A stretch of DNA of 64,000 nucleotides. It comes from Utricularia gibba (Eukaryota; Plantae; Magnoliophyta). This document shows, piece after piece, positions 38,546 through 50,808 of the stretch. The stretch is from positions 1,550,001-1,614,000 of the forward strand of contig NEEC01000012.1 of assembly GCA_002189035.1 (NCBI GenBank), in the 5' to 3' direction. The position numbers were made by a program, and so were the translations under genes. How positions within the stretch are numbered: the first letter of the stretch is position 1; every line of letters starts with the position of its first letter. The notes beneath the pieces are model-generated. The model did no database searches, was not told where the DNA came from, and was given only the letters and a program-made list of their open reading frames with translations.

Positions 38546-40120
38546 CATGGGCATGCGTTCCTCAAATCGTTAAAAAAAAAAAAAACGCACATAACCTTAT
38601 ACAAAAAGAAGATGATGCACTGAAACTTTTCGCTTCCAAAATCAACTTTACGACGAAGAAAGAAAAAAAAAGGCAACTACAATCAGGTTGGAAACGAAAC
38701 AAAGGGATCAGGAATTTTGACCTAACGGATTGGAATGCTTGTTCAGACAGCAGCCGTCACGAAAATATAGCGATTTTCTTTTCATTTTTTTTAAATTATT
38801 AATTATATTTTCAAATAATACCATAAGCAATCTATAAATTTAATTGTATTTAATTTTTCATTTTTTAAATTCAGTGCAAAAGCTATTATTTCATATATAG
38901 TATCAAATGATATATATAATTAAATATTTATTTTCATCCTTTAAAATGATCCACACCATACACACAACAATTTTAAAAATAGAAATATATATTAAATATA
39001 TAATTTAGTATTGAATATAATGAATTATATTCAAATATTTTTTAAATTAAAAAAATTAAATCTAGTTTTTTTCCTATATATCAAGTATATTGAATTAAAA
39101 ATGATATGGTCAAATGAGATTATATTAATATTTGATATTATTCAAAAACTTAGAATATAATCTACATGACTTATTTCATAATTTTCATTTAATTTATAAA
39201 TATAATTTATTAAATGAGTAAAACCTAAATAAGTAGTTGTTGTGTGCACAACATTTGAAAAAATTGATGACTTATTTTGATAAGTAAACAAAGGTAACTT
39301 ACAAAATAAGCTGGATTTTGAGTAGAAATGTAAAGAAATTTAAAATAAGTAAAAATTAAGTGAAAGTTTGAATAGAAATTATAAATAATTAAAAATTAAA
39401 ATAATATATAATAATTTATTTTAAGGAAAATATTATTTTTTAAATCATAATATTTGATTTATTTTTATTTTACAATCAAATACTTTATCTTGTATAAAAT
39501 CTTAATAAAAAATTTACCAATAAATTTATTTTATGCCATTACAACCAAAAACTCATGGTAACTAACTATCACGATTATCATTTGCACTACTTTCTTTTTT
39601 TGATTCAATAATTATGTATTTTTTTCAAATAATTTCCCATAATTTTTAATAATTGTGCTGAAAAATAATAATTAAATCAATTATAACTTCAAATTTTTTT
39701 CGATTTATTTGAAAAATACATAATTATTGAATAAAAAAAGAAAATAGTGCAAATGACAATCGTGATAGTTAATTCCCACAAATTTTTGATCAAGATATCA
39801 TAAAATGAGTTTATTGGTAAGTTTATTAATTGGATTTTATATAATATAAATTGTTTAACTGTAAAATAAAAAAATTCAAACATTGTAATTTAAAAAATAA
39901 TTTTCCTCTAATTTTAATATATACTTTAAATTACAAGTAAAAAAATAAATCATACATATTATATTCTTAGATTAATAATATTAAAAAAATCGACATTTCT
40001 CTATTTGATTAATTGATGGATTAAAAATGATGTGATGTAATTTTATTTTTTTAAAATAAGTAGTAAAAAATAAAATGCGCTCCCCCGTTCTTCCATCAGG
40101 TTCACTAGTTTGGTCGTCCA

Positions 40121-40890
40121 TCAATGCCTGAAGTGCCTTACTTGGGTGAAGACGAGCGCAACTCCGTACTTGTTGCAGCAGTCCACCGCGTCGGGATCCC
40201 TCAGGCTGCCGCCCGGCTCTGCGATCACGCCGACGCCGCTTCGACACGCTTCCTCCACGGCGTCGTTCCAAGCTGCGACGATGCACCACAACACAAAACT
40301 AAGAGGTGATGGAGGATTCCAAGCACGCCTTCTAGAAGGAAAATGTACCGAATGGGAAGAACTCATCGCTGGCCAGAGCAGCTCCCCTGATGTCATCCCC
40401 TGCCTTCTTCATCGCAATCCTCAAGCTCTCGAGACGGTTCGGCTGGCCGCATCCCATACCGAGCATGCACTTGTTCTGTCCAAAATAAACTTGCTGCAGT
40501 GAAAACTAGTGAAGTGTGCAGGAAGTCAGGGGAAATGCAGACCTTGGCTATGACAATGGCGTTGCTCTTCACATGTTTTACGCAGAGCCATGCGAATTTG
40601 GCGTCGTCGAGTTCATTTTCCTGTGGGGATTTCTCTGAGCGGACACTGAACTGGATATCCTCCAGGCTTAGCTGATCTGCCTCCTGAACCAACCAGCCAC
40701 CGCTGACTTGCCTCAGTGCAATCTTTCCTCCTGTGCTTTTGGTTGCCTGGAGGATTCTCAAGTTCTTGGACTTCCCTCGGAGTATTTCGAGGCCCTTTTC
40801 GGAGTACTTGGGAGCGATGATGATCTCATAGAACATGCGGGTTTCTCCATCAGTTGGACTCCTGAATTCTCTTATGTCTCTAGCTAAATC
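40121..40890 (-). pseudogene. purH: PurH (AICAR transformylase/IMP cyclohydrolase), last three exons only (cargo)
   Basis: Reads [53 protein letters not shown] (the usual motif is SDAFFPF) and PGGSLRD...VRHFRH*. The 5' exons are absent. Confidence 0.9.
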
Positions 40891-41792
40891 CTGAGAAGCA
40901 AATAGGATGAACACATTAAGAGGCCTGAGGATTTTGCAACGATCAAAGTTACCATATGCCCACGACATGTTCATTTCCAAAGTCACACCATGAGTTATTG
41001 ATTATTCTACGAAAGTTACCATATTGAATATTTTAATGTTCATAGGACTTTGGCATGTAGGTGACTCCAAACCCTTGCTTATATGGTTGATTCTTGGACT
41101 TATGAGCAATTTTTGAAATTCCTAATTTTGGAGCTTGGTGCGGCTTGAATGCATCTGCAATCTTTGTGTGAAAATGAAAATTAGGACCTAATTTTCAGCC
41201 TTTGTGATTAAAGTTTTTTTTTCAAATATTGATTTCAGCTTTCTGCACCTCTGTACTTGATGTTGCAGAAATTTGTTGAATTCTCTGTGTTAGAATTTTT
41301 TTTTCTAAAATACCTGTTGTTTTTTTTATTCATCAAAATGACTTTGGTTTGACATTTAATGCTTGTCTCGTGTTTTTTTTTAACATTGCCTGTTGTTTTG
41401 TTGCCTCATGATATTTTGACTCATCAAAATATCTTTTATTTTTATTTTAATCAAATATTTTATTACCAAAAAAACTTTTCAAAATATTATTATTCAATTT
41501 CATGATTTTTTTTAATTCTATTCACATCTATATTAGAAATATGGAAAATTTCAGATTTAGAATTAGATTTAAAAATAGAAATTTTAGGGAAATTGAAAAA
41601 GAATGTAATGTATTTTAAAACCAAAAATTCAAAATATTAATAAAGATACATTTTGAAGAGTTTTTTCTCAAATATAATTGAATTTTATTCTATTAATACT
41701 AAAATTTTTGAATAGTATTACATTTTTAAGAAATATAAAGATTTAACTTCTGTTTTATTAGATTATTTTTCAAAAAAAATTAACTTAATAGA

Positions 41793-41854
41793 TTTACATA
41801 ATTCAGATTAGGGTAAAAAATCTAAAATTTAGGGTTTAGGGTTTACATAATTCA
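41793..41854. repeat. Two telomeric TTTAGGG units between 13-bp direct repeats
   Basis: TTTAGGGTTTAGGG at 41828-41841, flanked by TTTACATAATTCA at 41793-41805 and 41842-41854. Confidence 0.75.
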
Positions 41855-43224
41855 AAGGTATACATTTTTTTTTGCATCTGGTCGAATATTAGGAAGTCCA
41901 AGAAATGTAAAATAATCACAAAACAAATTTAAACCGGTTGACTTCACCCTAGAATCAAGCATGTTTACTAGAATATCAAAGACTATGGAAACCAAGGCAG
42001 ACAACACAACATGTGTGATAGGATAGTAAACATCATTAAATAATCTAGTGTATTTATGAAAAATAAAAAGCAAGTCAACTAATATGTCAAATTTAACATA
42101 CACATCATCATCAATCATAATATTTAGATCGGTATGCGTAGTTAAAAACAATGAAATAACTTCTCTATAAGGAATAAAAGATTGAAGCATGAAAACATAG
42201 AATTCCATCGTGTTGACAAATCTTTTTTTAGAGTTCGAAAGGATAGACCCTTTAACTCATATAGATGCTTAAAAGATACTCTTTTTGTGCTAAACATCTT
42301 CATATGATAAACTATCCTACACACATGCTAGACAAAACAGCCTCATTATCATTTTCATTTAGTGCATCTTGTATATATAAATTAAAAATATGACAAATGC
42401 ATCTTGATCTAAATAAACACCAACCTAAAATAATATTCATGGATGATTTCAATATGGATGTCACAACAGTATTATTTGGAGCATTATCAAGATGTATATT
42501 AAATATACGATCAACAATTACATATTCAATACATATAGAAGTAACAAATTCAGCAATTTATGCCCCCGTGTGTGGAGAATCCAAAGGTCTAAATCCAAAG
42601 ATTCTCTTTTGTATAAATCATTTGCAATCAATTCAATGAACAATTACAACTACATAATTCTCACCATTAATACCATGTCAATCATCACAAGTCAAACCAA
42701 ATTTACATTTCATAGATTGAAAATCAAAGATCAAACGTGATTTTTTTTTTGAATTGTTTTAATGCAATTCTAACTACTTTTCTTCGAGACATGGGAGCGA
42801 ATCTAGGTTGCAATCTAGATTAATAAAAATTTCTAAAAATTGGATTTTCTACTTCTACAAAAGGCTTTTCACTAGCAATCAATGTAAGTACATAATCAAT
42901 TTGGGTAGCATCAAGATCAAATGAAAAGCTCAAAACATGACCACACATAAAATTTATAGTAGGTTGTCTCAATGAAGTACATATCTCATTTATATGCTTA
43001 TTTCTAATGTGACGAATGAAATTAGAAGTTGAATCATGTTTACCATGGTCATACACGATTCCACAATATTTATAACATACCTTTTTGGCCTCCTTATCAC
43101 AATTGAAATGTTCATGCCAATTGATGCATGAAGCATCTTGTTTTTTTGAGGTGAAAGAGACATCTTCCCCATCGCTCGACACCTCAATATCACACTCGAG
43201 ATGTTGTTCGTGTGAACGTATCAC
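41852..43224 (-). pseudogene. hAT transposase remnant (BED finger + N-terminal catalytic region), C-terminus missing
   Basis: BED-like WHEHF...CYKYC...STSNFIRHIRNKH, then KPFVEVENPIF, HLDNAPNN and KDLSTRWNS, and YYP(T)-like motifs, with many stops and frameshifts. Confidence 0.85.
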
Positions 43225-43783
43225 ACTTTGATGTGATTCTTCAATATTTAGTTATCTGAAACACAATTGAGAGAAACAAATCACTCCCAAACCTTACATA
43301 AATAACTATAAGCCGCAGATACACACGTCCATTTCTCTTTGGATAGTTGCGCACATACCTTTTGGAAGGTCTCCAAACACCGCAAAGCATGTGGGTTCTA
43401 GAGATTCAGATCCAATTGTTGTCCGACAGCCTTCAAAAATTCAGAATTCAGCTCCTAAATGCGCAATGAACAACACAAGCGTTTGAATATTTTCTTGTAT
43501 TTAAGCAAAAGGGTACAAGCGTTTCATAATCATGTTATGAGCTGCCCATGTATTTATATTCTTGTGAATTGGGACTTTGTAACATCATATACATAAAATA
43601 GATTGAAGTCCAACAATTAAGCAGCCCAACACTTCTTAATACACTACACTATAGGTCCATTTTGGCTAACCCATCAGGTCGACCTGTATTGGTGTACATT
43701 GACCCATCCCATATCTATTTTCGATGGTTACGAGTAACAGATCAGACCCCTCACGGGTCAACCTGTATCCATGCCCAGTTCTA

Positions 43784-44012
43784 CTTATGAGGTATATACT
43801 GCACCACTTGGCATTCTTAATGACCATATAAATTGTTTATTGTATGTTTGCTGCATATGATTGGAAGCTCTATGCTATTTAATCCTTTTGAATGGTCAAT
43901 GAGTTTCAGATTTTTGATTAGTCTAATTGATTCATATTTTTTTATCCACTAAAAAACCGGCCTTTTGCATTTTTGCTTTCTAATTGACGACTAAAAAAGC
44001 AGTTGAGGCAGA
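43784..44012 (+). pseudogene. 14-3-3 pseudo-copy, piece C (intron 3 and start of exon 4)
   Basis: After the TSD, GTATATACTGC...TTGCTGCATATG...TTAGTCTAATTGAT...TTTTTATCCACT.AAAAACCGG...AAAGCAG.TGAGGCAGA matches the reverse complement of ~51325-51542. Confidence 0.9.
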
Positions 44013-47000
44013 TTTGTGGCTCTACTCCATTCTTCCTGCCCACAACTTCTGTTGAAACTTAGAAGAGGCTTCAAGGATGAGCTGAGTGGAGCTTTGGTCG
44101 TCTCCACCAAGTCAAGAAGGATAATTGTGACGTCACTGAATCATCTACAAAAAGCTTTGGCAGATTTCTTGTGTTAACTTCTTGCATACAGCTGATTGAT
44201 GATGGTTTAGTTTGGCTGGGATGAGCATGTCATGTGCAATTTGGATTTATGTCATTTTTTCTTATTCAGAATATGCTTTCAAGGCAATCAAGGGTGCTTG
44301 AATCACCTCGATTGTGGGTGTTCACCTAGCTTCAGATACTTACTTGCATTTAATTTTGACCGGTTGAGCTTTTGGATTAGACAAGTCTTTCCTAGTTGTT
44401 TTGGATTATCAAGTACCTTGGTTTTTTGGCCATTGGAAGGACGTATATGCTCATTGTAGTATACCTACCCTTTTATGTCTTCAATCCGATGCTTTTCAGA
44501 AGCATTTGACTTCTCTCTGGTTGTTATTTTATTGATTGTGGAACCTCATAGTAAGAAAACTATTCTTGCCATTCTTCGTTCGTGTGTAATTCACATTGGC
44601 TTGTCTCTTGGTTGTACCTAATGAAAGGATTCTTGTTTAGCAAGTGAGTAATTAAGCAATGGAGTTCTGTTTTCCTTATGGCCATGAAATACCTGTTGAT
44701 GTGGTGGCAAGATGGTAGATGTCGAATTGTTCATCATTTTTCTGGTGGTTCGGTTCATTCACATGTTTTTCATCTCTGTATCAAAAGTATTATTTATTAT
44801 TTATTCATTCTTGTTTGGTAGTCTTGTATGCAGGATTCATGACCAATCTTAGGTCACATGAGACCTCTTAGTGTTTGGTGTGGATGTTCGTATATGTGCC
44901 CACAAAGTTGCTATGCTCCTTGGCATTGATGAGCAAAAAGGCTCTCACTCCTTCCAAGTGTGATTCTGCTGGTCATTGCTTTTTCTATGTAAGCATTCAT
45001 CTGGTCAAAAGATCAAGAGGCCATCAACTTTCTAGAGAAGAAGATGAAAAATGATCATGTATTCAGATACCATGAAACTATGCAAGTAACATCAAAATGC
45101 TTCTTCTTTTAAGGGTAGGAAGGAACCCACCGTTCACTGGTGCTACCTGTTGCGTTTTGTAGGAAATGGAGGAGAGATTCATAAAGAAGATGAAGAATAT
45201 AAGGGAGTAAGAAAACAGAATTCTCATTGCCCAACCAAATGAAGTATAGAGTTGGTTTTTTTACTAAACAACATATTTCACAAAAAGATCAAGTATTTCT
45301 GATTAGTGAGACAAAAGGAGACTACACAATAATAAAAACTCTAGGATGGTCTTTAGTCAATGATTCTTGGAGGTGCCTATTGAATAGATTTGGATTGGAT
45401 TGCTTGATATATCACTTGATGCCTTCTATGGTAGGAGATGTGGTACTGTCTTACTAGGAATCAGAACCAGTCAGTCATCTTTGCTCATTGCTTTCATATC
45501 TTTCTTATTTTAGACAACATTCAGTCTTACAAGAGGATTTCAAGGCTGGTGAGGTCGTATTGCTATTCATTCAAATGCCCATCTACGTTGGCATCGTGCA
45601 AAAGGATGATATAGCAAGCGATGATCATATTTTGTGTGAAAAAAAAACGATCATTTTTTTATCTTCATGTATATGATAGAAATACAAGATAAGTATTTTT
45701 CAAAATGATTTATGTCAAAGGCTTCATACATCATGCTCAAATCATGTATGTAGTTTTCAAGATCATTTTATGTACTTCAAATGAAATTAGCTAATTGTTT
45801 ATTTTATTTAAATTCAATTTTTAATTCATCATGAGATGAGTTTTTTTTATGTAATTGACTATCAAATGTGAATTAATAAAAAATTAGATTATATTAAAAT
45901 AATCTAACAGGCTTAAGGTGTTATGACTCATTATAATATTGTCCATTTTGAACACCCAACCCTTATGGTTTTATGTTATCTTCTTTTGGAGAAAAAACAT
46001 CATATAAGATTAAGATGATATCTCTATTTAAACACGTCTTTTTCCTCGTTTATAACTAATGTAGAATATAATAACCATCACAAAGAACTTTACATTTGAT
46101 GCGATCTAAATCGACTACTAAAAGGAGCTAAAAGATGCCCTAATAAACTGGCACAGGTCGACAGATCGACAAGTATCATAGTTTGCCAGTAATGGTCATT
46201 TTGGATAGTCTGAAAAGTAACCAAATTACGACAATGTAAGAATAGTCGACAATTATCCGATTATAGGACTATGATACGGTTGGCAGACGTAGAAAATAGT
46301 TGACATCTATAAGATTCAAAATTCGATCGAATTAGGCTCCTTTATAAATATAAAAAACCCTAAGGAAGAAAGAGTTAAACTCCCAGCTTTTTAATTTGTA
46401 TCTTTTCTCTACCTCTGTCTGATAAACCATCTTCCGACGAGCTCCAACAATTTTATGGTTTTTCCATTCTTTGACGGTTTCTACGTTAAAATCCCAATCT
46501 ATTTTCATTCCTATCATCCGCATCGTTTCATCCAAAACGCTTACATTCAAATCCGATCCAACACGTGCACCTTCGCCCGTAACCCAGAAATCAATCCCGC
46601 CTCATTGTCAATTTTCAATCACAACAACATTATATTTATTCCCTTCTTATCTTTGAGTATCACCTCATTTCACCATTAGCATGATCTTAGGTTTAACATC
46701 CACTTAAAATATTTAATCCTTACGATTTTATGTTATTCATCTAAAAAAAATATTTCATGTAATATTAAAAGGATACTTCTATTTAAACACGTTTTTCTTT
46801 TTTATATGTGACCAATATGATATACCATAATCATCAAAGACCTTGGATTTACATAAGGAAAAATGTTTTAATTTGTTGATTAATCCATTTTTATTTAAAA
46901 TTAAAATAAATTGTTAATGATAACAGAAGATAGACGCGTTCAATCGACGAGTGCGGCTCTTCCGATGTGCCCGTTACGATTTTCTTTTTAATATGTGTAA

Positions 47001-47129
47001 TGTAGAATAATATATATTTTTTGGACGGCATTTTTCACGTATGTTCCACGTCTTTTAACGGCTACTCCGTAGCTGATCGATCCTTTTGTCAATTTTCTTC
47101 ATCGTTCAGTAACTTACCCACTGCAGTAA

Positions 47130-47794
47130 ATGGGATCGCTACTATTCGCCGCCGGTTACCTTTTGCTCGTCTTCTGGCTCTCTTGTTCACCATCGGCAGC
47201 CCAGGGAGGAGCCGTCGCGGCGGGAAGGAAGCTGTGGTGTGTCGCTAAGAACAACGCCGCGGACGCCGCTCTCCAATCGGCGATCGACTGGGCTTGCAGC
47301 GCTGGCGGAGCCGATTGCAGTCCCATCCAACTCGGTGGCGCTTGCTACGATGCTTACGACATCCGTCGCACGGCGTCGTTCGTCTTCAACGATTATTTCC
47401 TCAAGCACGGCCCCTCCGACGAGAACTGCAATTTCGCCAACACTGCGGCGCTCACGTCCCTCAACCCGAGTAATCACAACTTCCGACAAACCCTAGTCCA
47501 TTTCAATTTGTGAATCGATTTGTTCAATTAACAGATCTGCATCTCGATGTAGGTCACAATAATTGCAGATATCCACCAAGGTGAGACGATTTTGCTTCCG
47601 AATTACACTCTGTTCATCGATCTTACATTCAGGTGTGCAGCAGCCTGAACTCCGACGACGGAAGCGTGAATGGATCGGTGACGGTGTACTCCGACGCCCA
47701 AGATTTCAGCACCAGTGGATCGATATCGCGGAATCGGTACTGGCGATCATCTGAAATTCTTCTTTTTGGAGCGATAGCCTTGGTGATGCTATGA
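47130..47794 (+). CDS. PDCB5-like X8 (CBM43) callose-binding GPI-anchored protein, 3 exons
   Basis: Signal peptide plus X8 domain WCVAKNNA...AIDWAC..GGADC.PIQ.GG.CY...FN.Y. Exons are 47130-47470, 47553-47580 and 47641-47794, ending in a hydrophobic C-terminus. Confidence 0.85.
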
Positions 47795-48026
47795 GGTAAT
47801 CCGAATTTTTGGCCGGTGATGGCGAGACGTACATGATATCTGTATCTATCCCGCAGAGATCTAGGGTTTGATTTCATCGAATCTAGTGCTAATAATTATT
47901 TGAATTACACCTACCACCCTCTACTTTCCAATAATTCCAATTTACTCCTGGTTGAAGGATAACTAGAATAATTCTTTATTCTAAATAGTCTGAAAAATAA
48001 TAAAAATACAGAGCATGAATTACTTA

Positions 48027-49844
48027 CTACTCCTCATGGAAGAAGGATTTGCATACTTTATGTGAAAATGCAGATAACTTCAATGCAGCTTCAGCACTCC
48101 ATTTGTCTTCCTCAACAATGTCAATGCTCTGCACTCCATTGCCCTAAACAAACCTCACCACTCAGGAACTGGAACACAGCAGCCAAAAGTGGAAGATTTG
48201 GAACACAACCATACCGCAGTGATGGATCTCTTGAGGTACCCAGTGATCACCATTTGAGTAGTCTTCTTGTTGTCATCGATTTCGTCTAAAACACATGTTT
48301 GCTGGAAGTAGGATGAATTAGAGATTGAGCTTGAAATATATGGTATTTCTATAACCAAGCACTCACTATTCTTCTCTTGGAGCCACCGCAGCAACTATGG
48401 CTAAAGCCAATGCTTATTACTGATTTGGAGACCCTTGAGCCTTCAAACTTTACCCAGCCAACATGCAGTCCCCAGATTTGTTCAGGAAGTGACAGTTCAT
48501 TATCTGGAGGAGGAAATGACAACCAGCAAAAGGGAATGGCTGCTTAAAATGCTCTTGAACCTCAAGCTTTTAGGAGTGTCATGCACTAGAAATCTATGCA
48601 GATCAAACCTGAGTGATGGTGGAAAAGCCCTTTGCTGAATGCTCCAAAGAGATGAATTGGTTCAATAGGCAAAGCATCATCAATCCCTGCAACGAGGATG
48701 GCATTCCCATCAATAACTCACCGGTGGTAAGAAAAAAGCGGTGAGTGATCTTTGAAAGATGAATGAGCAGCATAATACAGTCATCAAATTGTGGGAGACC
48801 CCATTGCGCAGGATCGAACTGTAGGAGTGAGTGAAGTACAGAATCAGCAATCAAATATGAATCGGAGTCCGTCCAAAGCGACGGCACGGCTACGACCTTC
48901 ATTCCAGCTGCCTTTCCGGCCCTCACACCAACACTGCACACAAAAGATGATCCCATCATGAGTAACCTCATCAGATTCTTGAAGGCTTCCTGTCATCTTA
49001 CATGGAGTCCTCGATCACCAGGCTATGAAATGGATCCATTCCCATTGTCTTCGCAGCCTCCAGAAATCTGAACATGCAGAGAAGCACATTAGACTGGATT
49101 GCCAAACTGTGGACACAGAGAGATGGATGGCTACATGTCCGGAGAAGGTTTCCCTGATTTCACTTGATCACTCCCGAGAATCACAGCAAACCTTTCACTC
49201 CAACCTAAGGGAATCCAGAGCACGACATTCAAGTGCCTGAAGCTCAAACATCAGAGTTGAAAGCAAGCAAGCCTGCAGGTAACTTACCAGTATGATGAGA
49301 AATCTTCCCATCGATATTCCTCCGCAGGGAATTGGAAGCAAGCGCAAATGGAATCCCATGCTTCTGAAGATGAACCATGAGACGGTTTGCACCGGGGAGT
49401 GCTTTGGCCAGTACCCACCTTGCATACAAAAGAAGAGTGCAGAGTTCCAGTCACAAGATCAAACTCCTCCATCGTAGCAGCTAACTGAATTCTACAATGC
49501 AGAAGAAGGAGGCTTACTTCCCCTGGTAGAGAGGGATTATCTCCTGCATATATTCTTCCGGCGTCAATGGAAGATCATAGTCATTCACGATCGACACAGC
49601 GGACTCATTGAAAGTCATACCCAGCCTCCTCTTCTCCTTCTCAGGATCCTGCACTTTCCCATATCTACCCAACAGCTCCTTCACGACATGCTTCGTCACC
49701 TGCTCTGTGGAAAACACACACAAACACACGATTTGGTCGCAGCCCAGTTCGAAAAACCAACAACCCAGATAGCTAGTTACCTGTGTTCACAAGTGTCCCA
49801 TCCAAATCAAAGATAACTGCCGATATCTCAGCCGAATTCTCCAT
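48027..49844 (-). CDS. HAD-family phosphatase fused to a degenerate riboflavin-kinase-like domain (FHY/RFK-like paralogue)
   Basis: MENSAEISAVIFDLDGTL (HAD motif I), FALASNS, GKPSPD and VIEDS. The C-terminal exons DALPIEP, GWVKF, SIG and GYLKR follow the RFK layout, but GFGRGS/PTAN motifs are absent. Confidence 0.85.
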
Positions 49845-50379
49845 GGCGGAGGCAACGACAAGTTCCTGGGAGTGCGCAGGAAACCTGGGAAACCTTGTCA
49901 ATCAATATATAGGGAAGGGGATTGATTCCCCGCCAATGAAAGCGGGAAAAAAAGGGGTTGTTTATCTTTTGTTCGTGCAACAGAACAATTATTCTTTTTC
50001 AGGGAAGACGCGGCCCTGATGGCAGCATCGGGAATTGGAAGCTTCCGTTAGACGGGGGATGATTCTGGGATATGCGGTCTCTACCTGATGACGAGTCAAG
50101 ACAATGGAGCACCCAAATGTACGGATTTCTTGAATATGTTCTCTCACAGATTTCATCCTCCTATACATGATCCTCTTTTCATATTCAAAATATTTAGTAA
50201 TAAAAACTTACCATCATAATCCATTAGTGCTTTGAATCTAGGCCACACATAAAATTAATACCCCAAAAATCCAGAAACCAATCAAACCGATAGATTTTCC
50301 TTCAACGGATTAACCGATCGGATTCAATTTTCCGGTGAAAACTGAAGCGTTGAGCACCACAGATACGCATACAGAATGG

Positions 50380-50808
50380 TTATGAGCATTTGGGAACAAT
50401 TCCAAACCGAATAAAGGAAGGTGCCGAAGGGGAAGAAGATATGGAGAAAATGCTATGCTCTCTCCCTGACAAACAGGCACCACAACATGAATCAGGAATC
50501 GGAATAGGAATAGGATACTGGGGATACATATAATATGTATTTGACGTAGAGCAAACCAGGAGACTGGTACACCACAAGGGGAATGCAAAGCCTCTGGCAA
50601 AGGCAGTCGCTAAAATAAAACCACCTATGAGCCACACACTAGGACAAATGCAAAAACAAACCGGGGTTCTTCTTAAAGAAATAAGACAGACGATGGAATC
50701 GATGGAGAGCGGAATGGCAGGAAAACCAACATGGGATGATGAACGGTTCAGAAGAAAACCTTGGACTCCACCATGGGTACTGGAGGCCATTGTCATGATG
50801 GTAAGCAC
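50380..50808 (-). CDS. Candidate small hydrophobic Cys-rich ORF (142 codons), unknown family
   Basis: Open frame with a central hydrophobic stretch (VCFCICPSVWLIGGFILATAFARGFAFPLWCTSLLVC). All three plus-strand frames are closed near 50530-50550. No family was recognised. Confidence 0.35.
   Translation of the reverse strand: MLTIMTMASSTHGGVQGFLLNRSSSHVGFPAIPLSIDSIVCLISLRRTPVCFCICPSVWLIGGFILATAFARGFAFPLWCTSLLVCSTSNTYYMYPQYPIPIPIPDSCCGACLSGREHSIFSISSSPSAPSFIRFGIVPKCS

Larger units (their letters stand above)
29834..43783 (-). mobile_element. 13,950-bp hAT (Ac/Tam3 superfamily) element carrying host genes
   Basis: TIRs are TAGAGTTGGGCA (29834) and TAGAACTGGGCA (reverse complement ending at 43783), a 10/12 match. 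The 8-bp TSD CTTATGAG is at 29826-29833 and 43784-43791. CGGGT/ACCCG-type subterminal repeats occur at both ends, and a transposase remnant lies inside. The flanks rejoin into one continuous 14-3-3 sequence. Confidence 0.92.

Noticed and set aside
46097-46700. Solo LTR
   Set aside because: It starts with TG and has LTR-like composition, but no matching end or 5-bp TSD could be fixed.
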